The position numbers and the translations under genes are program-made. A DNA stretch of 52,353 nt, the filler included, from a bacterium (GTDB lineage: Bacteria > UBA9089 > CG2-30-40-21 > SBAY01): assembly GCA_040757115.1 (NCBI GenBank). It is 3 parts of 3 records of this genome, joined end to end, with 100 filler letters (N's around TTAATTAATTAA, not from the genome) between each part and the next. Parts side by side here need not be neighbours in the genome. Positions count along the whole stretch, not along the records: positions 17,630 to 35,114 come from JBFLYA010000073.1; 2 more parts are not named here. One strand, 5' to 3'. The notes under the pieces were generated by a model. It had not been told where the DNA came from, did not search any database, and saw nothing but the letters and a program-made list of their open reading frames with translations. This document shows, piece by piece, positions 20,931 to 30,023 of the stretch; position 1 is the stretch's first letter, and the number at the start of each line of letters is the position of its first letter.

Positions 20931-21411
20931 AAAGACTGGTATTTTTAGAATGATAGTAAAAGGAAAAAGCATGGAACCTGCAATTATGGAAAATACTAAT
21001 GTCATAGTGGAGAAAGCTCATCCTTTTTCTATTAAAAGAGGCGATGTAGTGGTTTTTAAATGGGGCAAAAAGATAATCATTCATAGAATAATTGGGATTC
21101 ATAAGATCAACAAAGATTTATTCTTTGTGGAAAAAGGGGATAATTTACCATTTATAAGTATATTTCCTCAAGAAGCTCTTATTGGAAAAGTTTGTGGAGT
21201 AGAAAATAGAGAGGTAATAAATTTATATAGTAAAAATTTTGTCAATACTTACTTAGTGCTTACATATTTTTTATTTAAAAGTTTCCAAATTATGCAACGA
21301 TTATCAAATAAAGTAAATAAAAAATTAGGAGATATCGTTTTTAATGCTTATTTTATTCCGTTTCGCTTTTTTCTATATTTTATAAGTTACATTCAACAGA
21401 GGAATTCGTAA
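20911..21411 (+). CDS. S26/S24-family (SipW-like) peptidase
   Basis: GKSMEP, GDVVVF, IIHRII and EKGDN motifs. Confidence 0.8.
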   Translation: MKVAEPEKTGIFRMIVKGKSMEPAIMENTNVIVEKAHPFSIKRGDVVVFKWGKKIIIHRIIGIHKINKDLFFVEKGDNLPFISIFPQEALIGKVCGVENREVINLYSKNFVNTYLVLTYFLFKSFQIMQRLSNKVNKKLGDIVFNAYFIPFRFFLYFISYIQQRNS

Positions 21412-21604
21412 CCTCCTATTTCCCATTACACTAATATAGGAATTAACTTTTTCTAAGTGATAGGAATTTGATAATATGTAAAGACGGGCATCCTTTAATA
21501 GATTGACAGGTATGTTATACTGATATAACAAAATCTAAAATAAAAGTAACTATTCAGCCACTGATTAACACGGATTAGCACGGATAAATACAGAGGTCAG
21601 AAGA

Positions 21605-22059
21605 TATAGCAGTTATTAGTCAAAACTTTGCTTAGAATTAAATACTCGTAACTACTCGTAGTGAATTAACAAGTTATGCACAAACCATTACTACACTATG
21701 TCAAATTAGTGCTATAACTCTCTATATTTTTAGACAATTATGTCCATTTGGCTTGCCTTCTCCCATTTCTTATGATAAAAATGGAAAAAAATAGAATGTG
21801 AAAATTCTACCTCATCCTTCATTTAATGTCCCATCGGGACAACATATCGGTAGAAATAAATATCATCCAAATAATGTCCCATAGGGACAATATATCGGTA
21901 AATGGCTTTCCACAAATTTTCTACCAATATATCGTTCCTACGGAACTGATTGATTTGTCTATCTATTCCTACCGATATTATGTTCCTAACGGAACGATTA
22001 TTCTCATGCCTTATTTATGGGTATTATCCTATGTAAACTTCCAGTTAATAACCGCTATA
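21605..22059. mobile_element. MITE type E (TIR TATAGC(A/G)GTTATT) with a REP-like hairpin array
   Basis: TIRs at both ends; inverted copy at 41554-41958. Confidence 0.88.
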
Positions 22060-22153
22060 TCAACCATCAACTATCAACAATACTAATGTGAACTTTTGGT
22101 TAATACTTACTATAATATTGTTATATCTACTTAGAGAACGCTCTAATAGTTAC

Positions 22154-22274
22154 CTTTCGACTAACTGTTTTTAAGCCTTTTTAAACACCGAAAAACGCGA
22201 AAAACACGAAAAAAAATATTTTTCTCTCTGCGAACTCTTGCGTCTCTGCGGTAAATTACCACTTGAACGGTTGC
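22154..22274. mobile_element. right half of a type A MITE
   Basis: Matches ~3236-3355. Confidence 0.8.
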
Positions 22275-22293
22275 CCGATTGACAGGGGAATAC

Positions 22294-23010
22294 TCATAAG
22301 CATTTCCCCAATTCTCTCTTAACTATCTCTGGATTCAAATATACATAGTCTCCTTTTTTTAATTTATCTAATTTAAAAGGGCCAAATTGAATTCTTTTCA
22401 GGTTTAAAACACTATGGTTAATCATTTCTCCCATTCTGCGAATCTGTCGTTTTTTACCTTCTCTAATAGTTATTTTTAGAATAGTATTTTCCTTTAATTT
22501 TTTTTCTACAACTACTTGCGCCGGAAGTGTTTTTTCCACTGAACTCAGCCTGATTCCTTTTCTTAATCGAATTATATCACTTTCTTCAACTCTCCCTTTA
22601 AATTTAACTAAATAAGTTTTTGGGATTTTATACCTGGGATGAATAAGTTTATTGGCTAACTCACCATCATTAGTTAAAAATAATAATCCTTCAGAATTAT
22701 AATCAAGTCTGCCAACTGGATAAACTCTTTCTTTTACTCCTTTTAAAAGCAAAGAGATAGTAGGTCTTCCTTGCGGGTCAAAAAGTGTGGTTACATATCC
22801 TTTGGGTTTATTTAAGAGAAGACAAACCTTTGTCTCTAATTTAATTGGTTTCCCATCAAATTCTACTTTATCGATTTTGGGGTTAATTTTTACCCCCAGT
22901 TTTTTGATTAATTGACCATTAACACGGATGCGTCCTGATAGGATTAGTTCTTCACAACTTCTTCGAGAACCAAGCCCGGCTCTGGCTAAAATCTTTTGTA
23001 GTCTTTCCAT
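22294..23010 (-). CDS. rluB: RsuA/RluB-family rRNA pseudouridine synthase
   Basis: S4 domain ERLQKILARAG; VGRLDYNSEGLL and EGKKRQIRRM motifs. Confidence 0.9.
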   Translation of the reverse strand: MERLQKILARAGLGSRRSCEELILSGRIRVNGQLIKKLGVKINPKIDKVEFDGKPIKLETKVCLLLNKPKGYVTTLFDPQGRPTISLLLKGVKERVYPVGRLDYNSEGLLFLTNDGELANKLIHPRYKIPKTYLVKFKGRVEESDIIRLRKGIRLSSVEKTLPAQVVVEKKLKENTILKITIREGKKRQIRRMGEMINHSVLNLKRIQFGPFKLDKLKKGDYVYLNPEIVKRELGKCL

Positions 23011-23035
23011 AATTAATAGGTAATCAGTAAAATCG

Positions 23036-23517
23036 GGTGGTGTCTGAAAATAACTCTAATAGTGAAATCTATGCAGATTTGGTGTAAAAAAGGATTTCAT
23101 CCAAAGATCAAAATGCAAAAAGCAAATATAAAAATTACATATCAAAATGTAAAATTATCTCTTTCCTTTCAGCGTTAAAATAGAAGTCCTTTTGGGTTGG
23201 GACGGTTCACTTTTGTTTGAAAGATTGCAGTTAGAAAATGAAGTTAAAATTGGAAATTCGAAATTAGAAATTAGGGAAGGAAGTAAAAGCCCAATTTCTA
23301 ATTTCCAATTTCAACTTTCTGTGAACGCTTACAAGTGACATTCGAAAGAAATCATAGGAAAAACGATAAAAGGAACCGTCCCGTCCTTTTTGAAATTTGA
23401 TTTGTAATTTTGCATTTTGCTATTTGCTATTTGATATTTATTTGTTGTCTCTCCCAAATCCTATTTTGCAGAACCCTATACACTATTTTAACCTTTATGC
23501 TAGATTAAGACACCATC
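23036..23517. mobile_element. type G MITE (inverted) with further nested fragments
   Basis: GGTGGTGTCT..AGACACCATC ends; near-TSD (G)TAAAATCG/GTAAATCG. Contains a GGGACGGTTC/GAACCGTCCC inverted pair and a TGAACGCTTAC end. Confidence 0.85.
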
Positions 23518-23581
23518 GTAAATCGTGGTTCGGGGAATCTTTTATTCCCGAACCCCGAACCCCCAATCCCGAATCCCTTTC

Positions 23582-25189
23582 TTATATCTCTTCTAACTCC
23601 TCTAATAACAACTTATTAGAGACATTTAATCTTTTTATTCGCTTCATATATTTTTGCCAGGTATGTTCCTGATTTAACTCTTGATATATTTTTTTCACCT
23701 GCTGACAATATTCCTTCGCTATCTTATAATCATCTTTTCGTCTTAAACCTATGTAGTAACTAATGAGTCTTTTAAATAATCTAATTGCCTGTGTTGGTTT
23801 TTTAGTCATTGCTTGTTGGGCAACATTTTTTATATCGGTTACACGTTGATTGGGCAGCAACGCAATTTTAATCGCTGAATCAATCTCATTCTCATAAAGA
23901 AGTATTTCTATAAGAAGTGGATATTTTTTTGCCTTTCCTAAAAATAATAAAAGGTTATTTCTAATCTCCTGCCATTGCTTCAATTCACCAAACAAAGCCT
24001 TCATTTTCTTGTAGGATTCTAAGTCATCTTGCTCTTTGAAAATATCAAAATGAAGATTTAACGCCTCATCACGCATATTTGCCTTTTCATACAGGCTAAC
24101 TAACTTCTTTTTTAAAATTATCCGTGGGTATTTTTCATATTTATCAATTGCCTTTTGATACCATTGAATTGCCTCATTTATCTTTCCTGATTGTTGTAAT
24201 TTATCACATAATCGAATACAGTTTTTCCAATTATCAAGGTTATTCATACAAACTTCAAGGTATCTATCATTATCACCCTTCTTATTATAAAGTTCTAACA
24301 AAAATTCTATTATATCTTCTTTCAGGTTATCTTGTTTTAATTCAGAAAGTTTTGTTAATAATATTCGCTCTAAAGTAACATAATCATCTTGCGTCTGGCA
24401 TTGCTTTATAACCAATTCTAAAATAGATGTGGCAAATCCACCTTTATCGCTGAGATAAAGTTCAATAAAATCATTAAAAAATAGTTGTTTTTGGGGGATG
24501 GTGAATTTTAAACAATCATCAAGGCATTCCTCAATGAATTCAGCAAACAAACCGTCTATATCATAAGTTTTTTTATAATTATGGATAGATTGGTAGATAA
24601 TAGATTGTAATATTTTCAATCTCATTTGAGGCTCATAATTCTTTGTCGTATTCCTAATTTCTTTCAATTTAGTTAAAAGGTTACAAAGTTGTTGATAACT
24701 TTGTATTTCAAATTCCAACGGCAGAATTGCCTGTTCACCATATCTCCTATTCTCACTTACCTTTTCAGGAATATCAAGATTTAAGGTAGAAATTAAAGAG
24801 GGTTCTTTTTTAATCATTTTTAACAACAAATCTATCAATTCTTCTTTTTTCTTCCTGCCAAGTGATGCTTCAATCTTTGTAATTTCTTTAAATTTTTCTT
24901 TTGATTTTAGCCAGGCATACAAAAGTGCGGCGCTATGTCTACAGAGTGGTTCTTTAGATGGGCAATTACAGGAGGCATTCAATCTCTTATTTTTTATCTC
25001 AACCGACGCAATGTAATTTGACAAGCCACTTCCGATTACTTCACCTCGAAGGGTTTGGCCAAAAACAATACTATTAATAACCTTTCCTTCGGTGAAGAAA
25101 GCTAATCCTCTGGCTAAAGTAGCAGAAGTTGCAAGTTTTTTCATTATTCGCTCATTTATATCTAATAAACTTGTTACTTCCATATTCAA
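23582..25189 (-). CDS. SWIM zinc-finger / TPR-like protein
   Basis: CNCPSKEPLCRH SWIM motif; helical C-terminus. Confidence 0.85.
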   Translation of the reverse strand: MNMEVTSLLDINERIMKKLATSATLARGLAFFTEGKVINSIVFGQTLRGEVIGSGLSNYIASVEIKNKRLNASCNCPSKEPLCRHSAALLYAWLKSKEKFKEITKIEASLGRKKKEELIDLLLKMIKKEPSLISTLNLDIPEKVSENRRYGEQAILPLEFEIQSYQQLCNLLTKLKEIRNTTKNYEPQMRLKILQSIIYQSIHNYKKTYDIDGLFAEFIEECLDDCLKFTIPQKQLFFNDFIELYLSDKGGFATSILELVIKQCQTQDDYVTLERILLTKLSELKQDNLKEDIIEFLLELYNKKGDNDRYLEVCMNNLDNWKNCIRLCDKLQQSGKINEAIQWYQKAIDKYEKYPRIILKKKLVSLYEKANMRDEALNLHFDIFKEQDDLESYKKMKALFGELKQWQEIRNNLLLFLGKAKKYPLLIEILLYENEIDSAIKIALLPNQRVTDIKNVAQQAMTKKPTQAIRLFKRLISYYIGLRRKDDYKIAKEYCQQVKKIYQELNQEHTWQKYMKRIKRLNVSNKLLLEELEEI

Positions 25190-25203
25190 TCCTTTACCAA
25201 TGA

Positions 25204-26268
25204 CTAATGACTGCTCTCTCTCGACACCTGTGCTTGTTCAAATGTTGCCATTTGGGTAAGTATCTTAACGCCTGCTTCGACTAAACTTATGGCTAATGCG
25301 GCGCCTGTTCCTTCTCCTAATCTTAACTCCAGGTTTAAGAGGGGTTTCAGTCCTATAAATTCTAAAATTACCTGGTGTCCTTTTTCTACTGAGGTATGCC
25401 CGGCAATCATATAATCTTTAATTTCTGGTTTCAGGGTATAGGCAATGAGAGCGGCGGCACCTGAAATAAATCCATCAATGACGATTGGAATTCTATTCCC
25501 CGCGGCGGCTAAAAGAACACCAACCAACCCGCCAATTTCAAATCCACCTAATTTTGATAAAACATCCAATCCGTTCTTTGGATTTGGATTATTAAATTCA
25601 ATGGCTTTTTTAATCGTTTCTATTTTCCTTTTTAACATCTCATCATCAATGCCAGTTCCTTTACCAGTAACATTTTTTACTGGCTGTTTAGTAATCGCGG
25701 CGACAATAGCCGAAGAAGGGGTAGTATTTCCTATCCCCATATCTCCGGTGCCAACAATGTCTATACCTGAATTAGTCAATTCTGATTCAAAAACCTCTAC
25801 TCCAGCCATAATTGAGTTAATAGTTTGGCGGTAGCTCATCGCCGGATGTTTGGTTATATTTTTAGTTCCATACCCAATCTTTTTAATGACAAGTTCTGGC
25901 ACTGGTTCTAAATCTGCGGCAACACCCATATCCACAACGATTACCTTTGCCCCAACATGTTTAGCCAGAACATTTATTCCTGCTCCACCACGAATGAAAT
26001 TATAAACCATTTGAGGAGTTACTTCCTGGGGAAACAAACTAACCCCCTCTTCACAAACTCCATGGTCTCCAGCCATAGTAAAAATAACCTTTTTGGAAAG
26101 GTCAGGATTCCTTTTGCCAGTAATAGCCACCACAACTCTTGCTAATTCCTCCAATCTACCAAGACTATCCTTAGGCTTTGTTAAATTATCCAATCTACTT
26201 TGTGTCTCTTTAAAAGAATTTTTATCAATAGGTTTAATATTTTCCAATAATTTTTCTATTTTTTGCAT
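25204..26268 (-). CDS. cobT: nicotinate-nucleotide--dimethylbenzimidazole phosphoribosyltransferase
   Basis: LTKPKDSLGRLE, MGIGNTT and LRLGEGTGA motifs. Confidence 0.97.
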   Translation of the reverse strand: MQKIEKLLENIKPIDKNSFKETQSRLDNLTKPKDSLGRLEELARVVVAITGKRNPDLSKKVIFTMAGDHGVCEEGVSLFPQEVTPQMVYNFIRGGAGINVLAKHVGAKVIVVDMGVAADLEPVPELVIKKIGYGTKNITKHPAMSYRQTINSIMAGVEVFESELTNSGIDIVGTGDMGIGNTTPSSAIVAAITKQPVKNVTGKGTGIDDEMLKRKIETIKKAIEFNNPNPKNGLDVLSKLGGFEIGGLVGVLLAAAGNRIPIVIDGFISGAAALIAYTLKPEIKDYMIAGHTSVEKGHQVILEFIGLKPLLNLELRLGEGTGAALAISLVEAGVKILTQMATFEQAQVSRESSH

Positions 26269-26316
26269 TTTTCCTTCACTCCCATATTAAAAATTTAATA
26301 TGTGAATTTCGTTAAT

Positions 26317-27276
26317 TTAACGAAAATAATTTTTGTAACTATTCACCGCCAGGATACAGAAGACACCAATAATTAACATCAAAAATGAAGTAATATACAT
26401 CAATTTAATACTCTGGCGGATATGTTCAGGTTCAATTATCTGATTTGGGTTACCTAAAAATGGTTTTAAAGACATTTGCCCTTGATAATAATTTAATCCG
26501 CCAAGTTGAATATTCAAAGCTCCAGCAAATCCTGCCTCTGGAATGCCGCTATTTGGGCTTGGGTTTTTATGCCCATCTCTAAGAATAGTTTTCCATGATA
26601 AAATTCCATTTTTACCGCATAGCCAGCTGGCAACAGGGATAAGGAAGGCAGAAATTCTTGCCGGGATAAAATTTGCCACATCATCAGCCCTTGCCGAAAA
26701 GCAACCTATCTCTTTATAAATTGTGGTTTTATATCCTAACATAGAATCAAGGGTGCTTACTGCCTTAAATGCCATTGACAGAGCAGGTCCTCCTAAAAAG
26801 GCATAAAATAAGGGTGAAATTATTCCATCTACGGTATTCTCTGCCACGGTTTCCACAGTTGCTCTTGAAATCTCTGTTTTATTTAAATTATGTGTATCTC
26901 TTCCAACAATTTTAGAGAGTTGAATTCTGGCTAAGTTAATATCTTCAATTTTTAACGCCTGATAAACAGAGTTTGCCTCTTTATGTAGGCTTCTAATTGA
27001 AAGTGTTGTCCATATAATCACTCCAGAGAGTATAAATTTCAGGTAATTATTAATCTCTCCGCTAAACCAGATGATACCAAAAGTAAAAACATAAATGCTG
27101 ATAATAACTATACTGGCAAGTAAGACTCCACCTATTTTAAGATTACGAAAGGTTTTACGGACTATCTTTTCTAAAAAATTTATAAGTTTTCCCATCCCTT
27201 TAACCGGATGGGGAAATTTAACCGGGTCACCAAAAATCAAATCCAGACCAAAACCTAATATAACCTCGTAACTCAC
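26317..27276 (-). CDS. cbiB: adenosylcobinamide-phosphate synthase CbiB/CobD
   Basis: GDP...PHPV, IVGRDT, AENTVDG, TLDSMLGY and SPNSG.PE motifs. Confidence 0.95.
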   Translation of the reverse strand: MSYEVILGFGLDLIFGDPVKFPHPVKGMGKLINFLEKIVRKTFRNLKIGGVLLASIVIISIYVFTFGIIWFSGEINNYLKFILSGVIIWTTLSIRSLHKEANSVYQALKIEDINLARIQLSKIVGRDTHNLNKTEISRATVETVAENTVDGIISPLFYAFLGGPALSMAFKAVSTLDSMLGYKTTIYKEIGCFSARADDVANFIPARISAFLIPVASWLCGKNGILSWKTILRDGHKNPSPNSGIPEAGFAGALNIQLGGLNYYQGQMSLKPFLGNPNQIIEPEHIRQSIKLMYITSFLMLIIGVFCILAVNSYKNYFR

Positions 27277-27283
27277 TGGTTAT

Positions 27284-27312
27284 ATTATAATTTTAAATTC
27301 TGAATCTGTCAA
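27284..27312 (-). promoter_or_regulatory. sigma70 promoter for cbiB, likely leaderless
   Basis: TTGACA-17-TATAAT, 7 nt from the GTG start. Confidence 0.7.
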
Positions 27313-27345
27313 GAAAAATCTTATCCTTCAGGATTGATATTGTTA

Positions 27346-27398
27346 TTGACAAATCACTAAATATCTGGTAACATATTTGGTAGTAACAAATTTGTTAC
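27346..27398 (+). promoter_or_regulatory. sigma70 promoter with a downstream 16-bp palindrome
   Basis: TTGACA-17-TAACAT; palindrome GTAACAAATTTGTTAC at 27383-27398. Confidence 0.5.
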
Positions 27399-27424
27399 CA
27401 AAAGGAGTATTTTAATCTAATTTA

Positions 27425-27678
27425 GTAACCGTTCAGATAGTAATTCACCGCAGAGACGCAGAGGAACAGAGAAGAAATTGAAATAAATCAGACAACAGAA
27501 AAGATTATTGAGGCAATCATTGTCCTACATAGGACCTCAAAACCAAATTTGTTAATCAATTATGATATGTCGGTTTTCAAAAGCTTGCTCTGATGAAAAT
27601 CCGTGATGGAATGAAGCATGTGGTAAATAGTTTTTAATTTTTTCTCTGCGTCTCTGTGTCTCTGCGGTGAACGGTTAC
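27425..27678. mobile_element. GTAAC-family MITE carrying an internally deleted GxxExxY gene
   Basis: GTAACCGTTCA/TGAACGGTTAC ends. 8-bp TSD CTAATTTA at 27417-27424 and 27679-27686. Reads EINQTTEKIIEAIIVLHRTSKPNLL/INYDMSVFK..DGMKHVVNSF*. Confidence 0.92.
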
Positions 27679-27746
27679 CTAATTTAGCCAGATTTTACTG
27701 ACCCTGTATTTGAAAAAGTGGTTATGTCGAGGTTTGGAGTAAAAAG

Positions 27747-28871
27747 ATGAAGAAAAATATGGGACTGATAATTGTTTTTATCATAATTTGCCTGATTTCA
27801 GGTTGTGCACCACCTAAAGGAAAAGACCTGACTACCCTTCCAGAGCCAAAGTATATCTTGAAGGAATTCAATGTTGATTGGGTTTATTCTTTAGCCATTG
27901 CCGGTTCATCTACAATTTATGCCGCTACGGAACAAGGAATTTACAAATCTGAGGATAAGGCTAATACCTGGAAACCGACAAATCACAGACTTTATAATCT
28001 TAATGTCTTAACCGTCGTTGTTGACCCTAAAAACCCAGAAGTCATATTTGTTGGTGGTGATGGTGGGATATTTAAAAGCACAAATGGAGCAGATGAGTGG
28101 GTAGAAAAAAATATTGGCTTAATCAATCCTCTGGTTCAAACATTAGCCATTGACCCGGAAAATCCCAATCGACTTTATGCCGGATGCACAGGCAAAGGTG
28201 GATTATTTATCAGTAATGATAGTGGAGATAACTGGGAAATGGCAAAAGATAATCTTCAAATTACTACTATTGCTATCCCTAACACCCATACCAATAAAAT
28301 TTACCTCGGCACCTGGGGAAATGGTGTCTATAAAAGTGAGGATAGGGGTTTGAGTTTTCAACCGATAAATACAGGATTGACTAATCTTAATATTCGGGCA
28401 ATTGCGATTGACTCAACAGATACCCAAACCCTTTATGCCGGGACACAAGATGGTGTTTTTTTCAGTAACAATGGTGGCGAAACATGGAACCCCCGAAATA
28501 AAGGCATTCTTAATACTTACATCTGGACATTACTTGTTCACCCCAAACAACCAGATATAGTTTATGCCGGCACCTGGATTGGTGGGGTCTATAAAAGTGA
28601 AAATAAGGGAAAAAAATGGCAAAGAATGAATGTTGGTTTGGTCAATACCTGCGTTCATAAATTAATTGCTGACTCCAAAGAACCAGATATTATTTATGCC
28701 GCTACCGAAGGAGGGATATTTCAAAGCATAGATGGGAGGATATTCTGGGATGCAAAGAATAAAGGTTTGGTCTATATGGTTAAAGAAAGAATTCCACCTC
28801 CTGTTCCTGTAGAAAAAAAGAAAAAACCTAAACCAAAACCTAAAGCTCCAGCACATGGCGGTGGACATTAA
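27747..28871 (+). CDS. lipoprotein with BNR/Asp-box (YCF48/VPS10-like) beta-propeller repeats
   Basis: Lipobox ISGC; repeated S.D.G.TW motifs; Pro/Lys-rich tail. Confidence 0.85.
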   Translation: MKKNMGLIIVFIIICLISGCAPPKGKDLTTLPEPKYILKEFNVDWVYSLAIAGSSTIYAATEQGIYKSEDKANTWKPTNHRLYNLNVLTVVVDPKNPEVIFVGGDGGIFKSTNGADEWVEKNIGLINPLVQTLAIDPENPNRLYAGCTGKGGLFISNDSGDNWEMAKDNLQITTIAIPNTHTNKIYLGTWGNGVYKSEDRGLSFQPINTGLTNLNIRAIAIDSTDTQTLYAGTQDGVFFSNNGGETWNPRNKGILNTYIWTLLVHPKQPDIVYAGTWIGGVYKSENKGKKWQRMNVGLVNTCVHKLIADSKEPDIIYAATEGGIFQSIDGRIFWDAKNKGLVYMVKERIPPPVPVEKKKKPKPKPKAPAHGGGH

Positions 28872-28904
28872 CCTTTATTTTACCAAAAAAGGAGTGAGGT
28901 AAAA

Positions 28905-30014
28905 ATGAGTAAAGATATTAGAACCATAGTTAATCTCGATAAGGATGGCAAATTGACCATCAATGAGGATGCCCGACTTGTTTGTGGGTTAAAGGGAAAG
29001 ATATATCTTCAGGCAGAGCAAGGTAAAATCATCCTTACCCCTTTTGAGCCTGAAAATACAAGGTATTGCCTTCGACTTACAATTGATTCAGACAATCTGA
29101 CTCCAGTCATCCAAAAACTATCTGAGGAAAAAGTCAAGATAATTCGGTCTGAATCAATATTGATAAACCAGACAACCTTGTATTTGGCTAATGTTGAAAC
29201 AATGAAATCCATAGAGGAAATCTGTCAAGAACTAAAGAAACTGAATTTAGTCAAATCAGTTGAGATTTTTCCCAAATGGCAATTTATCACGGGACTTGTG
29301 AACAAGGAACTTGGACTCTGGCAACGCTCTCACTTTGGCACTTATCAGAGTAAAAGAAAAACACTTGAGACAAATATCGAGTATCGCTTATCTTTAGATG
29401 GCACAGGTGAGGCACAAATTCAGACTAATATTGGTTTTTTAGACCATCTGTTATCCTCAATGACCAGACATGGGTTGTTTGACCTCGAATTAAAGGTAAT
29501 AGCCAGTGATAAACAAAAACTTGTGGATATTCATCACACGATTGAAGATGTGGCGATTGTTCTTGGCACAGCATTTAAAAAGGCACTGGGTGAAAAAGAA
29601 AAGATTGTCCGCATTGGTCAGGCAAAGGTGCCTTTTGATGATGCGGTGGTTGATGTTGTCGTAGATTTAAGTGGACGGGCATTTCTAACCGACCATTCTA
29701 CAGTTGAACTTTATACTGCGGAAATTCAATCTCTTCATAAAGCAATATACGACCATCCTCCAAAAGTAAAAGGCTTTTTTGAGTCATTTAAAGAAAGTGT
29801 TGGAGAAATAAAACCAACCGAGATTAAACATTTTATAGAAACCTTTGTTAATAACTTTGGGATAAATATGAGTATTGGGTTATTAGTCGATGGAGATGGA
29901 CACCATAAATTAGAGGCACTATTTAAGGCAATGGGATTAGCTATCTCACAAGCAAAAAAGATGGCAGATGAACTAACTCAAATGATGATGAGCACAAAAG
30001 GAATGCTGGAGTAA
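28905..30014 (+). CDS. hisB: imidazoleglycerol-phosphate dehydratase with an N-terminal AbrB-like + ACT-like extension
   Basis: TNIGFLDHLL, DIHHTIED and DGHHKLEALFKA motifs; about 145 extra N-terminal aa. Confidence 0.88.
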   Translation: MSKDIRTIVNLDKDGKLTINEDARLVCGLKGKIYLQAEQGKIILTPFEPENTRYCLRLTIDSDNLTPVIQKLSEEKVKIIRSESILINQTTLYLANVETMKSIEEICQELKKLNLVKSVEIFPKWQFITGLVNKELGLWQRSHFGTYQSKRKTLETNIEYRLSLDGTGEAQIQTNIGFLDHLLSSMTRHGLFDLELKVIASDKQKLVDIHHTIEDVAIVLGTAFKKALGEKEKIVRIGQAKVPFDDAVVDVVVDLSGRAFLTDHSTVELYTAEIQSLHKAIYDHPPKVKGFFESFKESVGEIKPTEIKHFIETFVNNFGINMSIGLLVDGDGHHKLEALFKAMGLAISQAKKMADELTQMMMSTKGMLE

Positions 30015-30023
30015 GAGTAAAAG

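Noticed and set aside
21826-21995. Possible CRISPR array (also the 24-bp repeats at 17240-17308)
   Set aside because: Too few units, mixed orientation or no spacers, no cas genes, and the 21826 array lies inside a multicopy MITE.
27277-27420. Cobalamin riboswitch upstream of cbiB-cobT
   Set aside because: No B12-box motif, and the promoter abuts the start codon.
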